Source: Calditrichales bacterium
GTDB lineage: Bacteria > Calditrichota > Calditrichia > Calditrichales > J004
Assembly: GCA_965267575.1 (NCBI GenBank)
Contig: OZ254086.1
Coordinates: forward strand, 1,696,001-1,760,000
Length of the DNA: 64,000 bases
Direction of reading: 5' to 3'
The translations under genes and the position numbers were made by a program. Of the stretch, positions 1 through 10,667 are shown piece by piece. Below the pieces are notes generated by a model. That model ran no database searches. It was not told where the DNA came from and saw only the letters and a program-made list of their open reading frames with translations. How positions within the stretch are numbered: the first letter of the stretch is position 1; each line of letters begins with the position of its first letter.

Positions 1-158
1 ACTTTCCCGGTTATGCGATTTTTGATTAAACATCAATTGGGTCAATCTCTGCCAAGATTACACATTTTTCTTATACGGATAAACGCTTGTCGATTATAAA
101 TATTTGCCAGACTGGCAAATCAAAAAAACAATCAAAGTATAAACAGGAGTTGCTATTC

Positions 159-1382
159 ATGAGTCGTATTTTTCCAGTATTTATCATATTAATCTTATTA
201 TTATCAAGTGCTTCAGCACAGGAACCTATACAGGTATTTGGATTTTTTCAAACCCGCTTAATGCAGGTAAACGGAACAAGTGATGTGATTGCACGGGATG
301 TTCCCGTAGCCATTAATCCTCAAACAGGCATGCCCGTTTTTCAGGATGTAACAGTCAGTGAGGTCGAGGAAGACCGCCTTACCGCTGATATTCAGCAATT
401 AAACCTGTTTTTCAGAAAAGAGATTGATCCGCGCTTTACAGCCTGGGTAAACCTTGAACTTACAAATACCTACTCTTCCGAGCGCGGATGGGGAACAATC
501 AATCTTGAAGAAGCATGGCTGCGCTACACCCGCACTGATGCCTTTGTTGTAAAAGCCGGCTTGCTGATCCCCAAATTCAACAGTATGAATGAAATCAAAA
601 ACCGTATGCCCCTGCTGCCTTATATCATCCGCCCGCTGGTGTATGAGGCATCGCTTTCGGCGATTTTTAACCAGGGCGACTTCATTCCCGGACGTGCTTT
701 TGTCCAGGTTTATGGCAGCATTCCCGTGGGCAAAGCCATTTTTAACTATGCCGTTCATGCCGGTCACGCTGAAAAAGAATACTTTGTTTCCGGAGATGCA
801 GTAGGCGCCCAGGTGGCCGGAACCGACACAACCACGTTCAAGGCATTCGGCGGTCGCGCCGGTGTTGAGTATGGCAACGTGAAAGCCGGTGTATCTTTCA
901 CCTATGACTATGACAATCAATATATACCGCTGGCCATGGGCGTACCCGCGCTTAACCAGGATGTACCGCGTACACGTTTGGGTGCAGACCTGGCCTTTAC
1001 ATTGGGTGATGCCTATTTCGAGGGCGAATTTATCCAGGTAACCGAAGATCCTGATACGGACCCGGTTCTTGGCGACGTGGACCTCGACAAGATGTTTTAT
1101 TATGGAACAGCCGGCTACAATTTTACTGATCAGTGGTTTGGTTATGGCAGCTACAGCTATATCGAAGACAACGCAGTGGACTTTCTTGGTGACGGCATGC
1201 AGAGCTATCTCGTGGGTTTTGGTTTCCGTCCGGCCTACTCGGTTGTACTGAAAGCCCAGTATGCCCATTACGTTGTCGATAACGGCACAACAAGCATCCC
1301 GATTCCTGAAGTGGGTGTTGTGCCCGGAACGGTAGATATCAAATATGATGCGTTTGGCGTGGCCCTTAGTATCATTCTGTAG
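159..1382 (+). CDS. Outer-membrane porin-like beta-barrel (OprO/OprP-like)
   Basis: Signal peptide (…SSASA-Q); porin-type segments 'INLEEAWLRY…VKAGLLIPKF'; alternating beta strands. Start moved to ATG 159, with AGGAG at 145-149. Confidence 0.75.
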   Translation: MSRIFPVFIILILLLSSASAQEPIQVFGFFQTRLMQVNGTSDVIARDVPVAINPQTGMPVFQDVTVSEVEEDRLTADIQQLNLFFRKEIDPRFTAWVNLELTNTYSSERGWGTINLEEAWLRYTRTDAFVVKAGLLIPKFNSMNEIKNRMPLLPYIIRPLVYEASLSAIFNQGDFIPGRAFVQVYGSIPVGKAIFNYAVHAGHAEKEYFVSGDAVGAQVAGTDTTTFKAFGGRAGVEYGNVKAGVSFTYDYDNQYIPLAMGVPALNQDVPRTRLGADLAFTLGDAYFEGEFIQVTEDPDTDPVLGDVDLDKMFYYGTAGYNFTDQWFGYGSYSYIEDNAVDFLGDGMQSYLVGFGFRPAYSVVLKAQYAHYVVDNGTTSIPIPEVGVVPGTVDIKYDAFGVALSIIL

Positions 1383-1412
1383 TAACCATAAATACGAGTA
1401 GCGGAGATTATA

Positions 1413-1826
1413 ATGAAAAAGATTTTGATTTTAATACTGGCAATGTGCGCTATGACAATTGCGTCGGCAAACGCGCAGGTAGCAGTAATCGTAAATAATT
1501 CTGTCGGAGAAGACGCACTTGATCAGACAAAACTGGCGCAAATCTATACACTGAAGGTTAAAAGCTGGGATGATGGCAGTAAGATCGTTGTCTTTGATTC
1601 AAAGGATGATATATCCGATCAGTTTTACAGCTATATCGGGAAGTCAGCAGCGGATTTGCGCAAGGAGTGGATGCGCGCACAGCTTACCGGTGAAGGTAAG
1701 GCGCCAAAGGCCCTCAAAAACGACGCGGAAGTCATCGAAAGTGTTGCCGCAACGCCCGGAGCTATCGGCTATGTCAGTGAGGCATCTGTCACCGACAAGG
1801 TAAAAGTGGTGGCAACCATTAAGTAA
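1413..1826 (+). CDS. Small periplasmic binding-protein-like protein (half PBP/PstS-like)
   Basis: Signal peptide; 'VAVIVN…LAQIY…W.DG…[11 protein letters not shown]' pattern of ~140-aa PBP-like proteins. Confidence 0.75.
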   Translation: MKKILILILAMCAMTIASANAQVAVIVNNSVGEDALDQTKLAQIYTLKVKSWDDGSKIVVFDSKDDISDQFYSYIGKSAADLRKEWMRAQLTGEGKAPKALKNDAEVIESVAATPGAIGYVSEASVTDKVKVVATIK

Positions 1827-1839
1827 CCATGGAGAAGAC

Positions 1840-4254
1840 ATGGAAGTATTAACATTCCTGAAAAAATCGGTTAAGTGGAAGCTGGTTGCGGCCTGCAGCG
1901 CAATCTTAATTGTGCTGATCGTATTCACCTCCATCTACTTTCCATCGAAACAAAAATCACTGGCCCTGGATTACGCGCAGACGCAGGTGCACACGCTGAG
2001 CGAAATGATCGCCTTTACAGCTGGCGCCGGTCTTTATGACGGTAACATCGAGCTTGTTTCCGCGGCTATGGATTGGGCGAAAAAGGATCCTAATGCCGTC
2101 TATATCCGCATTGTGGATAACGACGGTAATCAGATCATAGAGTACAACCCTTCGAATCTGTCGTTGCAAGGTGTAGCATCCATGGCTGCCGGCGAAACGA
2201 AGGTAGACGGCGAGTACATTCTGGCACTTGCCAAAATGGATTATCAGGAGACAGAGTTTGGCCAGATACATATTGGCTATTCGCTGGAAGCGGTGAATGA
2301 CAAGATCGGCGGCACAGTGGTTGTCTCGGTGCTGATCAATCTGCTGCTTTTTGCCATCGGCATCGGGCTGATCCTGTTTATCAGCAATTACCTTACGCGG
2401 CAGATTGTAAACATCCGCAATGCCGCGCGTCAGGTGGGTGAAGGCGATCTTGATGTGGAACTTTACGTAACCAGCGAAGACGAAATCGGTGAGTTGAGCC
2501 AGTCCATCAACAGCATGGTACAATCGCTGCGCTTAAACCGCGAGCAGACGCTGGAGCAGGCCCGTACCGCCGATAACATCGTGCGTGAAGTAGATGGTGT
2601 GGCCGACCGCCTGCGCGAGGGTGATATTGACGCCCGCGCCAATGTGGACAGCGTAAATGAAGATCACTACAAGCGTATGCTTTTAGGCTTTAACCAGGCT
2701 CTGGACGCGGTTATCCACCCCACGCTGGAAGCTATGGAGATCATCAGCGAATATGCCGCCGGTAACCTGGAGCGCGAAATGCGTACGCTTCCCGGTAAGC
2801 AGATTGCGCTTACAAATGCCATAAATACAATCCGAAATAACCTGAAAACATTGATTGGCGAGTTGCTGATGCTGGTGAAGGCGGCCGAAGAGGGCAATCT
2901 TTCCGTACGCGGCGATCTGGATAAATTTGACGGCAGCTATGAGGAGATCATCCGTGGCGTCAACAATATCATTGCCCGGATAATAGAACCGGTCCGTGAT
3001 GCCATCGGCGTGCTGCAGGATATCGCCACAGGCAACCTTGCCGTGGAGGTCCGCGGCGACTACAAGGGCGATCATGCCAATATGAAAATCGCCATGAACA
3101 AAACGCTGAGCGCCCTTAACAACGCTTTGGGCAAGGTTTCCCGTTCCGTAGATATGGTGCGCTCAAGCGCCGGACAGATTTCCGATAATAACCATTCGCT
3201 GTCGCAGGGTGCGTCCGAGCAGGCCAGCTCTTTGGAGCAGATAACAGCCTCGATGAAGGAAATTCAATCACAGACGAATAACAACTCCGCCAGCGCCGTA
3301 CAGGCCAGCAAGCTTACCGGGGAGGCTTCCAGCTTCGCGCACAAAGGAAACAGCAAAATGCAGAGTATGCTTGAGGCCATGAATGAGATCAACGGTTCAT
3401 CTGAAGAGATCTCCAAGATCATTAAGGCCATAGACGAGATCGCGTTTCAAACCAACCTGCTGGCGCTGAACGCGGCCGTGGAAGCGGCACGCGCCGGTGT
3501 ACACGGCAAAGGCTTCGCCGTTGTTGCCGAGGAGGTGCGCAGTCTGGCGCAACGCAGCGCCAAGGCGGCCAATGAGACAACAGAGCTGATCGAGAATTCC
3601 GTCTCGAAAGTGAAGAACGGCATGCAGATTGCCAATGAGACGGCCGAGGCCCTGGAGTCGATTGTAAGCCAGGTGACCAAAGCATCGGATCTGGTGAACG
3701 AAATCGCCGTAGCCAGCAAGGAACAGGCGGAGGGCATTTCACAGGTAAACAGCGGCTTGGAACAGATTGACAAGGTAACCCAGCAGAATACGGCCAATGC
3801 CGAAGAAAGCGCTTCAACCGCCCATGAACTGTTCAACCAGTCCAGCGAGTTGCAGCAGCTTATCGGTAAGTTTAAGCTGCGCCGTGCCCGGCAGGATCTG
3901 CATCAGGCACCAAAAGTGAGCAATGGTTTTCAAAAGCCGCAAGAACAGGCTGCCACCCGGCCGGCAAAACCGCTCCCAAAGCCCGTGGCAAAAACAACGG
4001 CAAAGCCTGCGGCCAAAGAAGCGGAGAAACCCGCCGCTAACAATAGTGATTCAACTGATAAAAACAGCAGGCGAAGAGTGGATAATGTTTCCGCAAAACC
4101 TGTTGTCAAAAATGGCAAAAAAGAAAAAGCCGACGCACCCGCGCCGGCTTCTAAAAAGAAAGCTCCCGATAACGATCACCATTTTGGCATGGAACATTCC
4201 GACGATGATGATATCATTATCAATCTTGATGATGACGATTTCGGAGATTTTTAG
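1840..4254 (+). CDS. Methyl-accepting chemotaxis protein with multiple HAMP domains
   Basis: Two TM helices, periplasmic sensor, repeated HAMP units, signalling hairpin '[33 protein letters not shown]', Pro/Lys/Ala-rich tether ending in pentapeptide DFGDF. Confidence 0.95.
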   Translation: MEVLTFLKKSVKWKLVAACSAILIVLIVFTSIYFPSKQKSLALDYAQTQVHTLSEMIAFTAGAGLYDGNIELVSAAMDWAKKDPNAVYIRIVDNDGNQIIEYNPSNLSLQGVASMAAGETKVDGEYILALAKMDYQETEFGQIHIGYSLEAVNDKIGGTVVVSVLINLLLFAIGIGLILFISNYLTRQIVNIRNAARQVGEGDLDVELYVTSEDEIGELSQSINSMVQSLRLNREQTLEQARTADNIVREVDGVADRLREGDIDARANVDSVNEDHYKRMLLGFNQALDAVIHPTLEAMEIISEYAAGNLEREMRTLPGKQIALTNAINTIRNNLKTLIGELLMLVKAAEEGNLSVRGDLDKFDGSYEEIIRGVNNIIARIIEPVRDAIGVLQDIATGNLAVEVRGDYKGDHANMKIAMNKTLSALNNALGKVSRSVDMVRSSAGQISDNNHSLSQGASEQASSLEQITASMKEIQSQTNNNSASAVQASKLTGEASSFAHKGNSKMQSMLEAMNEINGSSEEISKIIKAIDEIAFQTNLLALNAAVEAARAGVHGKGFAVVAEEVRSLAQRSAKAANETTELIENSVSKVKNGMQIANETAEALESIVSQVTKASDLVNEIAVASKEQAEGISQVNSGLEQIDKVTQQNTANAEESASTAHELFNQSSELQQLIGKFKLRRARQDLHQAPKVSNGFQKPQEQAATRPAKPLPKPVAKTTAKPAAKEAEKPAANNSDSTDKNSRRRVDNVSAKPVVKNGKKEKADAPAPASKKKAPDNDHHFGMEHSDDDDIIINLDDDDFGDF

Positions 4255-4258
4255 CGGA

Positions 4259-6115
4259 TTACTTGATAAGAACCAGCTTCTGGCTTAAAGCCCGGCCGGT
4301 CGCTACAAGACGAACGAAATAAATCCCGGATGCAAGCTCTTCGCCCGAATAGCGCTGAGAATGCAGGCCGGGATTTTTTTTGCCTTCAACCAGGGTCGCC
4401 ACAACGCGCCCGTTGATGTCATAAATTTTTAGGGCAACTGTTTCGGTCCTGTCAAGCTTGTAGCGAATGTTTATCTGGCTGTTAAAGGGATTGGGATATG
4501 CCGGAAGCAGTTCAAATGTTGTGGGACTGTTTGATTGCAGCCGCTCATCCTGCAGTGACGTCAGGATCAGGTCTTCAGGGCGGTTGCTGTTAACCAGCAT
4601 AACCGCGTCGCTGAACAGGATATCACCATCGGGCAAGTTGTGATTATCCAGGCGCAGGAACGTTTGTTCACCCTCCTGCAAATAAACATCGCCCACCTTA
4701 TGCCAGCGGCGGTGCCCGGGCTTGCGCTGATTGACATACACCGTGTCAGCGGGTCCATTGCTGTGCAGAAGCTGGTAAGGTGCCTGCTGATGTGCCGCAA
4801 ATTGATATATAATCCAGGCGTATACTTCGTACCAGCCTTCACGCGGCACCTGCGCGCTGTAAGTGATGGCGGCGGCGTCATTATCGGTAGCGTAAATACA
4901 ATCGGTATCTTCAAAACCCGGCAAAGTTGTGTAGGTCGTCCACGACCCGCTTTGCTGCACGGCGCTGCTGTCTTCGTTAATTATGATGGCCGGCAGGCGC
5001 CAGTCAGCCGGACGGTAGGGTACGTTTACTTTTTCGCTGTAAGGTCCGTTTTTCAACGTTTCATAATAAGCGCCCAGCCGCGCGTGATACCAGATCACGT
5101 GACCGGTCAGCCCCTCGTTGCGCGTTGTCTCAATCATTTTTACCAGCTCGGAAGGCGGCGTCTCATTGCTGTTTGCGATTGTCGAGATGCCGGGATAGAC
5201 CAATGTGTCGTTGTTTGTTTTTTTCAGTTCTTCGTTGAGACGGAAAGAATAGCTGCTGTTGCTGCTGTAGTAGACCTGCGGTGTCACCGTATCCAGCCAG
5301 CCATTGTTGATCCATGCCGGCCAGTCCTGGCAGAATTGTTCATAGCCGTACCACAGAGGCGCGTTGCTCACGTGCATTTCGGGATTAACCGCTTTTATGG
5401 AATCATACATTTCAGCCATGAACAGGTTAAGCTTGTCCGCCCGCCAGCGAATCCAGGCGGAGTTGCCGATGCTTGTGGGCGGCTCCTGCCCGTTGTGTTC
5501 GGACTTATATAGTTCCACCGTGGCCGAATCATAACCGCAATCCAGATCGGGGTAACGGACGCGGTCGAATTCTACGCCATCCAGATCATAGCGGCGAACG
5601 GCATCCAGTACGAATTGTATCAGAAATTCCTGGGCATCGCGGTTTACGTGGCTTAGCCATTTGTACTGCACGCCGCCGTTCGCTTCGAAGGTGGTATTGC
5701 CGTTACGCTTTTCGGCAAACCATTCCGGGTGTTCATTAAACAGGGCAAGATTGTTTCCCGCACAGGCCTGGAAGCCGGCCTCGAACCAGGCATCCACATT
5801 CAGACCATAGCGGTGGCCTTCGGCGATCATATCGGCCATGACATCGCGGCCTTCTTCCAGCAGCGGGTCCGTGTAATGGCCCGTTTCTTCATGAAACACA
5901 TTGCTGCGGAAGTAGGGCCAGCCAAAGCGCCATACATCCACGTATACAGTGTTAAAATTATTTTCTGAAAGCAGGCGCATCGCTTCGCTGATTTCTTCCT
6001 TGGACGGTATATCGTTACCGGCCCAGGCCAGCCAGGCTCCGCGTACTTCTCCTGCGTTAAGACCAAAGGCCATCAACAATGTAATTACGATGGAAATAAA
6101 CAATCTTTTTATCAC
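4259..6115 (-). CDS. Secreted GHL10 (DUF187) glycosyl hydrolase with golvesin/Xly-like CBM and T9SS-type C-terminal domain
   Basis: 'EVRGAWL', 'NFNTVY', 'HRYGLNVDAWFE', 'YDLDGVEFD', 'QDWPAW', 'PQVY'; CBM-like 'GWYEVYAW…WHKVG…DAVM'; CTD 'AYPNPFN…QKLVLIK'. Confidence 0.85.
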   Translation of the reverse strand: MIKRLFISIVITLLMAFGLNAGEVRGAWLAWAGNDIPSKEEISEAMRLLSENNFNTVYVDVWRFGWPYFRSNVFHEETGHYTDPLLEEGRDVMADMIAEGHRYGLNVDAWFEAGFQACAGNNLALFNEHPEWFAEKRNGNTTFEANGGVQYKWLSHVNRDAQEFLIQFVLDAVRRYDLDGVEFDRVRYPDLDCGYDSATVELYKSEHNGQEPPTSIGNSAWIRWRADKLNLFMAEMYDSIKAVNPEMHVSNAPLWYGYEQFCQDWPAWINNGWLDTVTPQVYYSSNSSYSFRLNEELKKTNNDTLVYPGISTIANSNETPPSELVKMIETTRNEGLTGHVIWYHARLGAYYETLKNGPYSEKVNVPYRPADWRLPAIIINEDSSAVQQSGSWTTYTTLPGFEDTDCIYATDNDAAAITYSAQVPREGWYEVYAWIIYQFAAHQQAPYQLLHSNGPADTVYVNQRKPGHRRWHKVGDVYLQEGEQTFLRLDNHNLPDGDILFSDAVMLVNSNRPEDLILTSLQDERLQSNSPTTFELLPAYPNPFNSQINIRYKLDRTETVALKIYDINGRVVATLVEGKKNPGLHSQRYSGEELASGIYFVRLVATGRALSQKLVLIK

Positions 6116-6130
6116 GGTTTTCCCCTATAC

Positions 6131-6152
6131 AAAAAAGGGGGCCGCAGCCCCC
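6131..6152 (-). terminator. Rho-independent terminator upstream of the last GHL10 gene
   Basis: Minus strand GGGGGC-TGCG-GCCCCC followed by TTTTTT. Confidence 0.7.
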
Positions 6153-6160
6153 ATATAAAA

Positions 6161-8107
6161 CTACTTTATTAAAACCATCTTTCTGGTGGATATAATCCTG
6201 TCGTTGGCAACCAGCCTGTAGAAGTAGACACCGCTGGTCAGGCTGCCGGCATTGAATGTGACCGAATGTGTGCCGCTGTTTTTGTTGCCCTGGTCTACTT
6301 TGGCAACCTGGCGTCCGGCTATATCAAAAATCTCGATACGCACGTCTGCTTTGCGCGGCAGACTATAGGTAATTTCGGTTGTCGGGTTGAAAGGGTTGGG
6401 ATAGTTCTGCTCCAGCGTAAAGCGGCGCGGCTGCTCAATGGGCTTGTCGCCGATAGCCGTCAGCGTGCTGCGCACCACGTTCACATAATTGGTATCCGTC
6501 GGAAAGTAGCCCTCGCCAAGCTGGTCGACATAGTAATAATGGGTAAATTTGGCATTGGCGCCCAGCGGGTTTTTATCCGGGAAGGAAGCTTCCACGCCCT
6601 GACCGTTGCTGGCCATGTAGGCCATAACCGCCACTTCGCCGGTCAAAGCGCCCACACCCGCGTCGTTACGGATTGCGGAGACTTCGGTAACCTTGTCCTC
6701 GCCCTCATCGGCAAAAGCCAAAGCACCCTGCGCGGCCACGTTGCCGTCAAAAAGGTTTTCTTCCCAGCTGCTGCCGTTCCATTTCCAGATGGTGCCCAGA
6801 AGGAAATCGGCCTCATCCCAGGGCTCCACTTCATAAACGATGTCCGCCTTGAAAGGCAGAGCGTTTATGCCGCCGCGGGCCACCGGTGGTGTCTGTGTGC
6901 CGTTGGGACCTTCGGGATCCAAATCAAAGGCGATATAGAGAAATCTTTCTTCCGTCGGGTCCACCAGGCCGTCACCGCTGAGGCCAAAGAAAACTTTGCC
7001 CACGGACCAGGTGAAGAACATATCACGGCCATTGCTAGTGCCAACGTGATCGGTCGGGAAATAGTCATTGATACCGTCAATGCTCACCACCAGGTTGCTG
7101 TCGCGCGGAGCAGAAGCTTTCAGCAGATTATCCATGCTCAGCGAACCGATGCTGTTAAAGCCCATCAGCGTGATCAGCGAATGCCGCCGGGAATCATAAT
7201 CCACAACCGCCGTGGCGTTGGGGTTGCTGTTAAGGCCGGAGCTGTAGAACAGCGCCGATGAGTCGGAGTTTTCCCCAAAATAGTCGTAGGTGACTGTGCC
7301 CAGTTCATCCTCAAAATAGCGCACGGTTCTCACCGTTGCGGCGTAGGCATTGGAGACGGTTAACAGCTTGTATTGGCCAAGTTTTAGTGCTTTCACATGA
7401 GACGTGCCGCCGGGTGACGCAAAGCTGTCCGGTACGCTGGAAATAAGGGTGCCGCCGGATGAAAGCAATGTAGGCGGGTGCTCGGGGTTGGCCGAATTGA
7501 TCCATAAGTTGCCGTTTGCCAGCGGTGAAATGCCGTGGCGGGCATTTCCGGGTACCGGTAATACCGGCTGACTGTCCAGGGTTGCCGTAGCGCCGCCGGT
7601 GTCACGGATAACAACAACATCGACCGTCTCAAAACCGGACGAGTAAAGCAGCTTATCGGAGCCGAATGTTCTTACCGCGAAAGAATCGCCGTAGCGTTTA
7701 TCATCCAGCGCGTCATCAAATATGGTTTCAGGTGCGGCCGATTCATCGGCGTAGCGGTATATTTTGAATGTGGCGCCCGGTGTAAATTGCGGCGCTGAAA
7801 GATTGCACACATAGATCGTACCATCTTCGGCCACGTCAATCAGGTTGATCGGGTACGTGCCTCCACTCAGCCCTTCGGTATTCATCATGCCAAGGGAGTC
7901 GCCGGTGGCCGCATCCAGAATGATAATACGCACGCCGCCCTTACGCGTAGCCACCAGCACATGGTCGGTTGTGGCGTTATAGGCTACGCCCCGGGTATTG
8001 TCGCCGCCGATGTCAATAAATTCGTGGCTGACCCAGTTTAGCGGGTAGGTGCTTTGGGCAAGCGACATGCCCAGAAACAACCCAAGAAAAAGTAACATTC
8101 GCTTCAT
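6161..8107 (-). CDS. Secreted protein, DUF4623-like beta-propeller with T9SS-type C-terminal domain
   Basis: Signal peptide; 'TRGVAYN…DGTIYVCNL…FKIYRY…RYGDSF'; CTD 'LEQNYPNPFNPTT…RKMVLIK'. Confidence 0.7.
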   Translation of the reverse strand: MKRMLLFLGLFLGMSLAQSTYPLNWVSHEFIDIGGDNTRGVAYNATTDHVLVATRKGGVRIIILDAATGDSLGMMNTEGLSGGTYPINLIDVAEDGTIYVCNLSAPQFTPGATFKIYRYADESAAPETIFDDALDDKRYGDSFAVRTFGSDKLLYSSGFETVDVVVIRDTGGATATLDSQPVLPVPGNARHGISPLANGNLWINSANPEHPPTLLSSGGTLISSVPDSFASPGGTSHVKALKLGQYKLLTVSNAYAATVRTVRYFEDELGTVTYDYFGENSDSSALFYSSGLNSNPNATAVVDYDSRRHSLITLMGFNSIGSLSMDNLLKASAPRDSNLVVSIDGINDYFPTDHVGTSNGRDMFFTWSVGKVFFGLSGDGLVDPTEERFLYIAFDLDPEGPNGTQTPPVARGGINALPFKADIVYEVEPWDEADFLLGTIWKWNGSSWEENLFDGNVAAQGALAFADEGEDKVTEVSAIRNDAGVGALTGEVAVMAYMASNGQGVEASFPDKNPLGANAKFTHYYYVDQLGEGYFPTDTNYVNVVRSTLTAIGDKPIEQPRRFTLEQNYPNPFNPTTEITYSLPRKADVRIEIFDIAGRQVAKVDQGNKNSGTHSVTFNAGSLTSGVYFYRLVANDRIISTRKMVLIK

Positions 8108-8146
8108 ACATATTCTCCTTTGTCAGGATTTTCGTTTGTCTTATGG

Positions 8147-8782
8147 CTAAAAATTATACCGGATACCCAGGCCAAGATTGAGCGTCTGCAAACCGGAGAC
8201 ATTTTCCAGTTCGATGCCGGGTTGCAGCGTCGGCCACAATTCGCCGATCACCACACGGTAATAGACAACGGGTTCCAGCTCCAGCCTGTTCCAGCTGTAG
8301 TTAAAAGACAGGCCGCCTTTAAAGCCCCAGTTCCACTCCTCCAGCCTTCGCTCGGCGATGAGCGGTATGGGCGGGTTGGCGTCCGGCTCGGCTTCAACGC
8401 GCCCGCGGATGCCCTTCCAGTAGTAGAGCCCTCCGCCCACATTGAGGCGCATGGTTATTCCGGAAAATTGTGTAAGCGGATAGAGTCCGTTCAGTGTGAA
8501 GGAGCCGTGCTCCAGAAAAAGATCCACGCGCCGCTTGCGCTCGGCATCCAGGTTCTCGTCATCAAATCGCGCGTAGGAAGCGCCATATTCCAGGTACCAT
8601 TGGTTGTCTGCCTGCTTGCCGAACTTAACGGCAATGGCCGGCGCCGGGTTAAACCAGTTGGCCAGTTCTCCGATCGGTACACTGTACTCCGGCTGCACCG
8701 AAACAGACCAGCCGCCTTGCTGCGCCTGCAGCGGTAAAAGCAATCCGCCGCATAAAAAAATGAATGCAATCTTTTTAAGCAT
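8147..8782 (-). CDS. Outer-membrane beta-barrel protein (8-stranded OMP-like)
   Basis: Signal peptide, amphipathic strands, C-terminal 'LGLGIRYNF'. Confidence 0.75.
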   Translation of the reverse strand: MLKKIAFIFLCGGLLLPLQAQQGGWSVSVQPEYSVPIGELANWFNPAPAIAVKFGKQADNQWYLEYGASYARFDDENLDAERKRRVDLFLEHGSFTLNGLYPLTQFSGITMRLNVGGGLYYWKGIRGRVEAEPDANPPIPLIAERRLEEWNWGFKGGLSFNYSWNRLELEPVVYYRVVIGELWPTLQPGIELENVSGLQTLNLGLGIRYNF

Positions 8783-8790
8783 TTTTAAAC

Positions 8791-9654
8791 CTAATATTTG
8801 ATGACCAGGCCAAACTGCAGCATCATTTTGTAGTAGACAGGAAAATCACGCTGATCGCCGGCCGGTATGTTGAATAATTTCTCCAGTGGTTCGACGAGAT
8901 CACGATCGATATAGCCCACCATACGCCCATCAAGCTCCAGGTCAAATCCGGGACTGAGCGTATAGGTGACACCCAGCGCCGGAGCAATAAAAAAGCGTGT
9001 GCCGTCTTTGGGCGGTGCGAAGTGGGTCAGGTCAAAGTCGTAATTATAATCGTACTCTTCGGTCGAAGTGGAATCCAGTTTGAAACGTTTGATCCAGTGC
9101 TCGTCCATGCGCAGTTCGCGTGTGTAGAGGCTGGCGCCCACACTCAGTTCGGCGTTGACCTGCCACTTTTCCAAAAGGCGTTCACTCCAGGAAGCGCCAA
9201 TGCTCAGGCGCAGCTCTTTCAGCGATTGTATCGGTTCAAACACGGCGGAGTAGATGCCATCGTTACTTTCATAGCGCAGTGTGCGGTTCACTTCCGCCAG
9301 GTCATTGCCGCGGGCACCAATGAATTCCAGGTAAGTGTCTTCCCAGTAGGGCCAGTTCCATTCGGTCAAAACATCATCCTGGTAGAGACGTTGGTTGTCG
9401 TAGCTGACGCGGAAGATCCCTTTGAGCTTTTCGGTAAACTTGTAGCGGAATTCCCCGGAGAAGTTAAAGCCACCGTCAATGCTGTCAGGCAGGCCCAGGT
9501 AATGGGCGCCGATGCCGGTGTTTTCCGCGCTGCGCGTTCTGTCCAGAATGTTGATGTGCCCGGCGCTGAATTTTACTTCCAGCGGCAGGTTTTGAGCTGC
9601 GCTTGATGTCAGCAGAAGAAACAGGGTTATCGGAATAATCAGGAAATAACGCAT
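8791..9654 (-). CDS. Outer-membrane beta-barrel protein
   Basis: Signal peptide, amphipathic strands with long aromatic loops, C-terminal 'LQFGLVIKY'. Start directly abuts the upstream stop. Confidence 0.65.
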   Translation of the reverse strand: MRYFLIIPITLFLLLTSSAAQNLPLEVKFSAGHINILDRTRSAENTGIGAHYLGLPDSIDGGFNFSGEFRYKFTEKLKGIFRVSYDNQRLYQDDVLTEWNWPYWEDTYLEFIGARGNDLAEVNRTLRYESNDGIYSAVFEPIQSLKELRLSIGASWSERLLEKWQVNAELSVGASLYTRELRMDEHWIKRFKLDSTSTEEYDYNYDFDLTHFAPPKDGTRFFIAPALGVTYTLSPGFDLELDGRMVGYIDRDLVEPLEKLFNIPAGDQRDFPVYYKMMLQFGLVIKY

Positions 9655-10599
9655 CTACAACTCCATCATCAGGGTATAGCGCATGGTGCTGTCCAGGTAA
9701 TCATGCTGCATCCAGCCAAAATCAAAGCGCACGTTGCGGCCCTTAAAATCAAAGCGCAGACCACCGCCCAAACTGAGGTTTTCATCTTCCAGGCCGAATT
9801 TATAGCCGGCGCGGGCCACAAAGCGTTTCCACAAAACCTGCTCCAGGCCAAGCTGCACATACTCGCTGATATCATTGGGATGGGCCGCCTCGGCGATCAG
9901 GGTTAAATAGGTGTCTTCGCCACGCTCGCCCCACACCTCCGCGGAAGCGCCCAGCTTAAGCATCTGCGGCATTTTGAATTTCTCTTCCAGGTATTTGGCC
10001 TCCAGCCCGAAGTGCTGCAGGTAAGCGCCGATGCGCAGGCTGTGAAAACGGGTAAAGTAGAGAAAGCCGATATCCACTACCACGTTGTCCGCGCTGTATG
10101 TGTCGATCGTTTCATTGACATATTTGACCGTGCCGCCAAAACTGAACAGGTCGGTCAGACGCCGCGAGTAGGTTAAGCCGATCGAATAGGCCGACGCGCT
10201 GTACGTGCCCAGGTCAACAAAGGAGCCGCCTTCCGTCGGGAAGGGGTTGCGTGTTTTGGCCATCTCGCCAAAATCGAAATAGATCACCTGCAGGCCGATG
10301 GTGCCTAGTCCGGGCCGGTTAAAGGTAATGCCCGCCGCCTGGTGTGTTGTCTCCACGTACCAGCTGGCATAAGTAAGCTGGGCGCTAAGCGTCTTATCAG
10401 ACAAACTGGCCAGGGCCGGGTTCATGCTCAGGCCCTCAACACCGGCATCGGGCAGGGTTATACCCGTTTCGCCCAGGCCGACATAGCGCGCGGAAACCGG
10501 GATATTTAAAAAGACAAATCCCGTGGTGCCTACTTTGGAAAAATCCTGCGCCGGCAAAACGGTTGCAAGGATCAGTAAAATGATAATGTGACGTTTCAT
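9655..10599 (-). CDS. PorV/PorQ-family (UPF0164) outer-membrane barrel
   Basis: 'KVGTTGFVFLNIPVSARYVGLGE…NPALA' signature after a signal peptide. Start moved to ATG 10599. Confidence 0.85.
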   Translation of the reverse strand: MKRHIIILLILATVLPAQDFSKVGTTGFVFLNIPVSARYVGLGETGITLPDAGVEGLSMNPALASLSDKTLSAQLTYASWYVETTHQAAGITFNRPGLGTIGLQVIYFDFGEMAKTRNPFPTEGGSFVDLGTYSASAYSIGLTYSRRLTDLFSFGGTVKYVNETIDTYSADNVVVDIGFLYFTRFHSLRIGAYLQHFGLEAKYLEEKFKMPQMLKLGASAEVWGERGEDTYLTLIAEAAHPNDISEYVQLGLEQVLWKRFVARAGYKFGLEDENLSLGGGLRFDFKGRNVRFDFGWMQHDYLDSTMRYTLMMEL

Positions 10600-10667
10600 C
10601 GCTTTGGCTTTGGTTTGTCCGCTCTTCCGCAACGGACGTGTATGAATTTTCGCTACAGAATCTCCGG

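Noticed and set aside
70-96. Sigma28-like promoter for the porin-PBP-MCP operon (GTCGATTA at 89-96)
   Set aside because: The -35 element at 15-bp spacing (CTTA) is a poor match.
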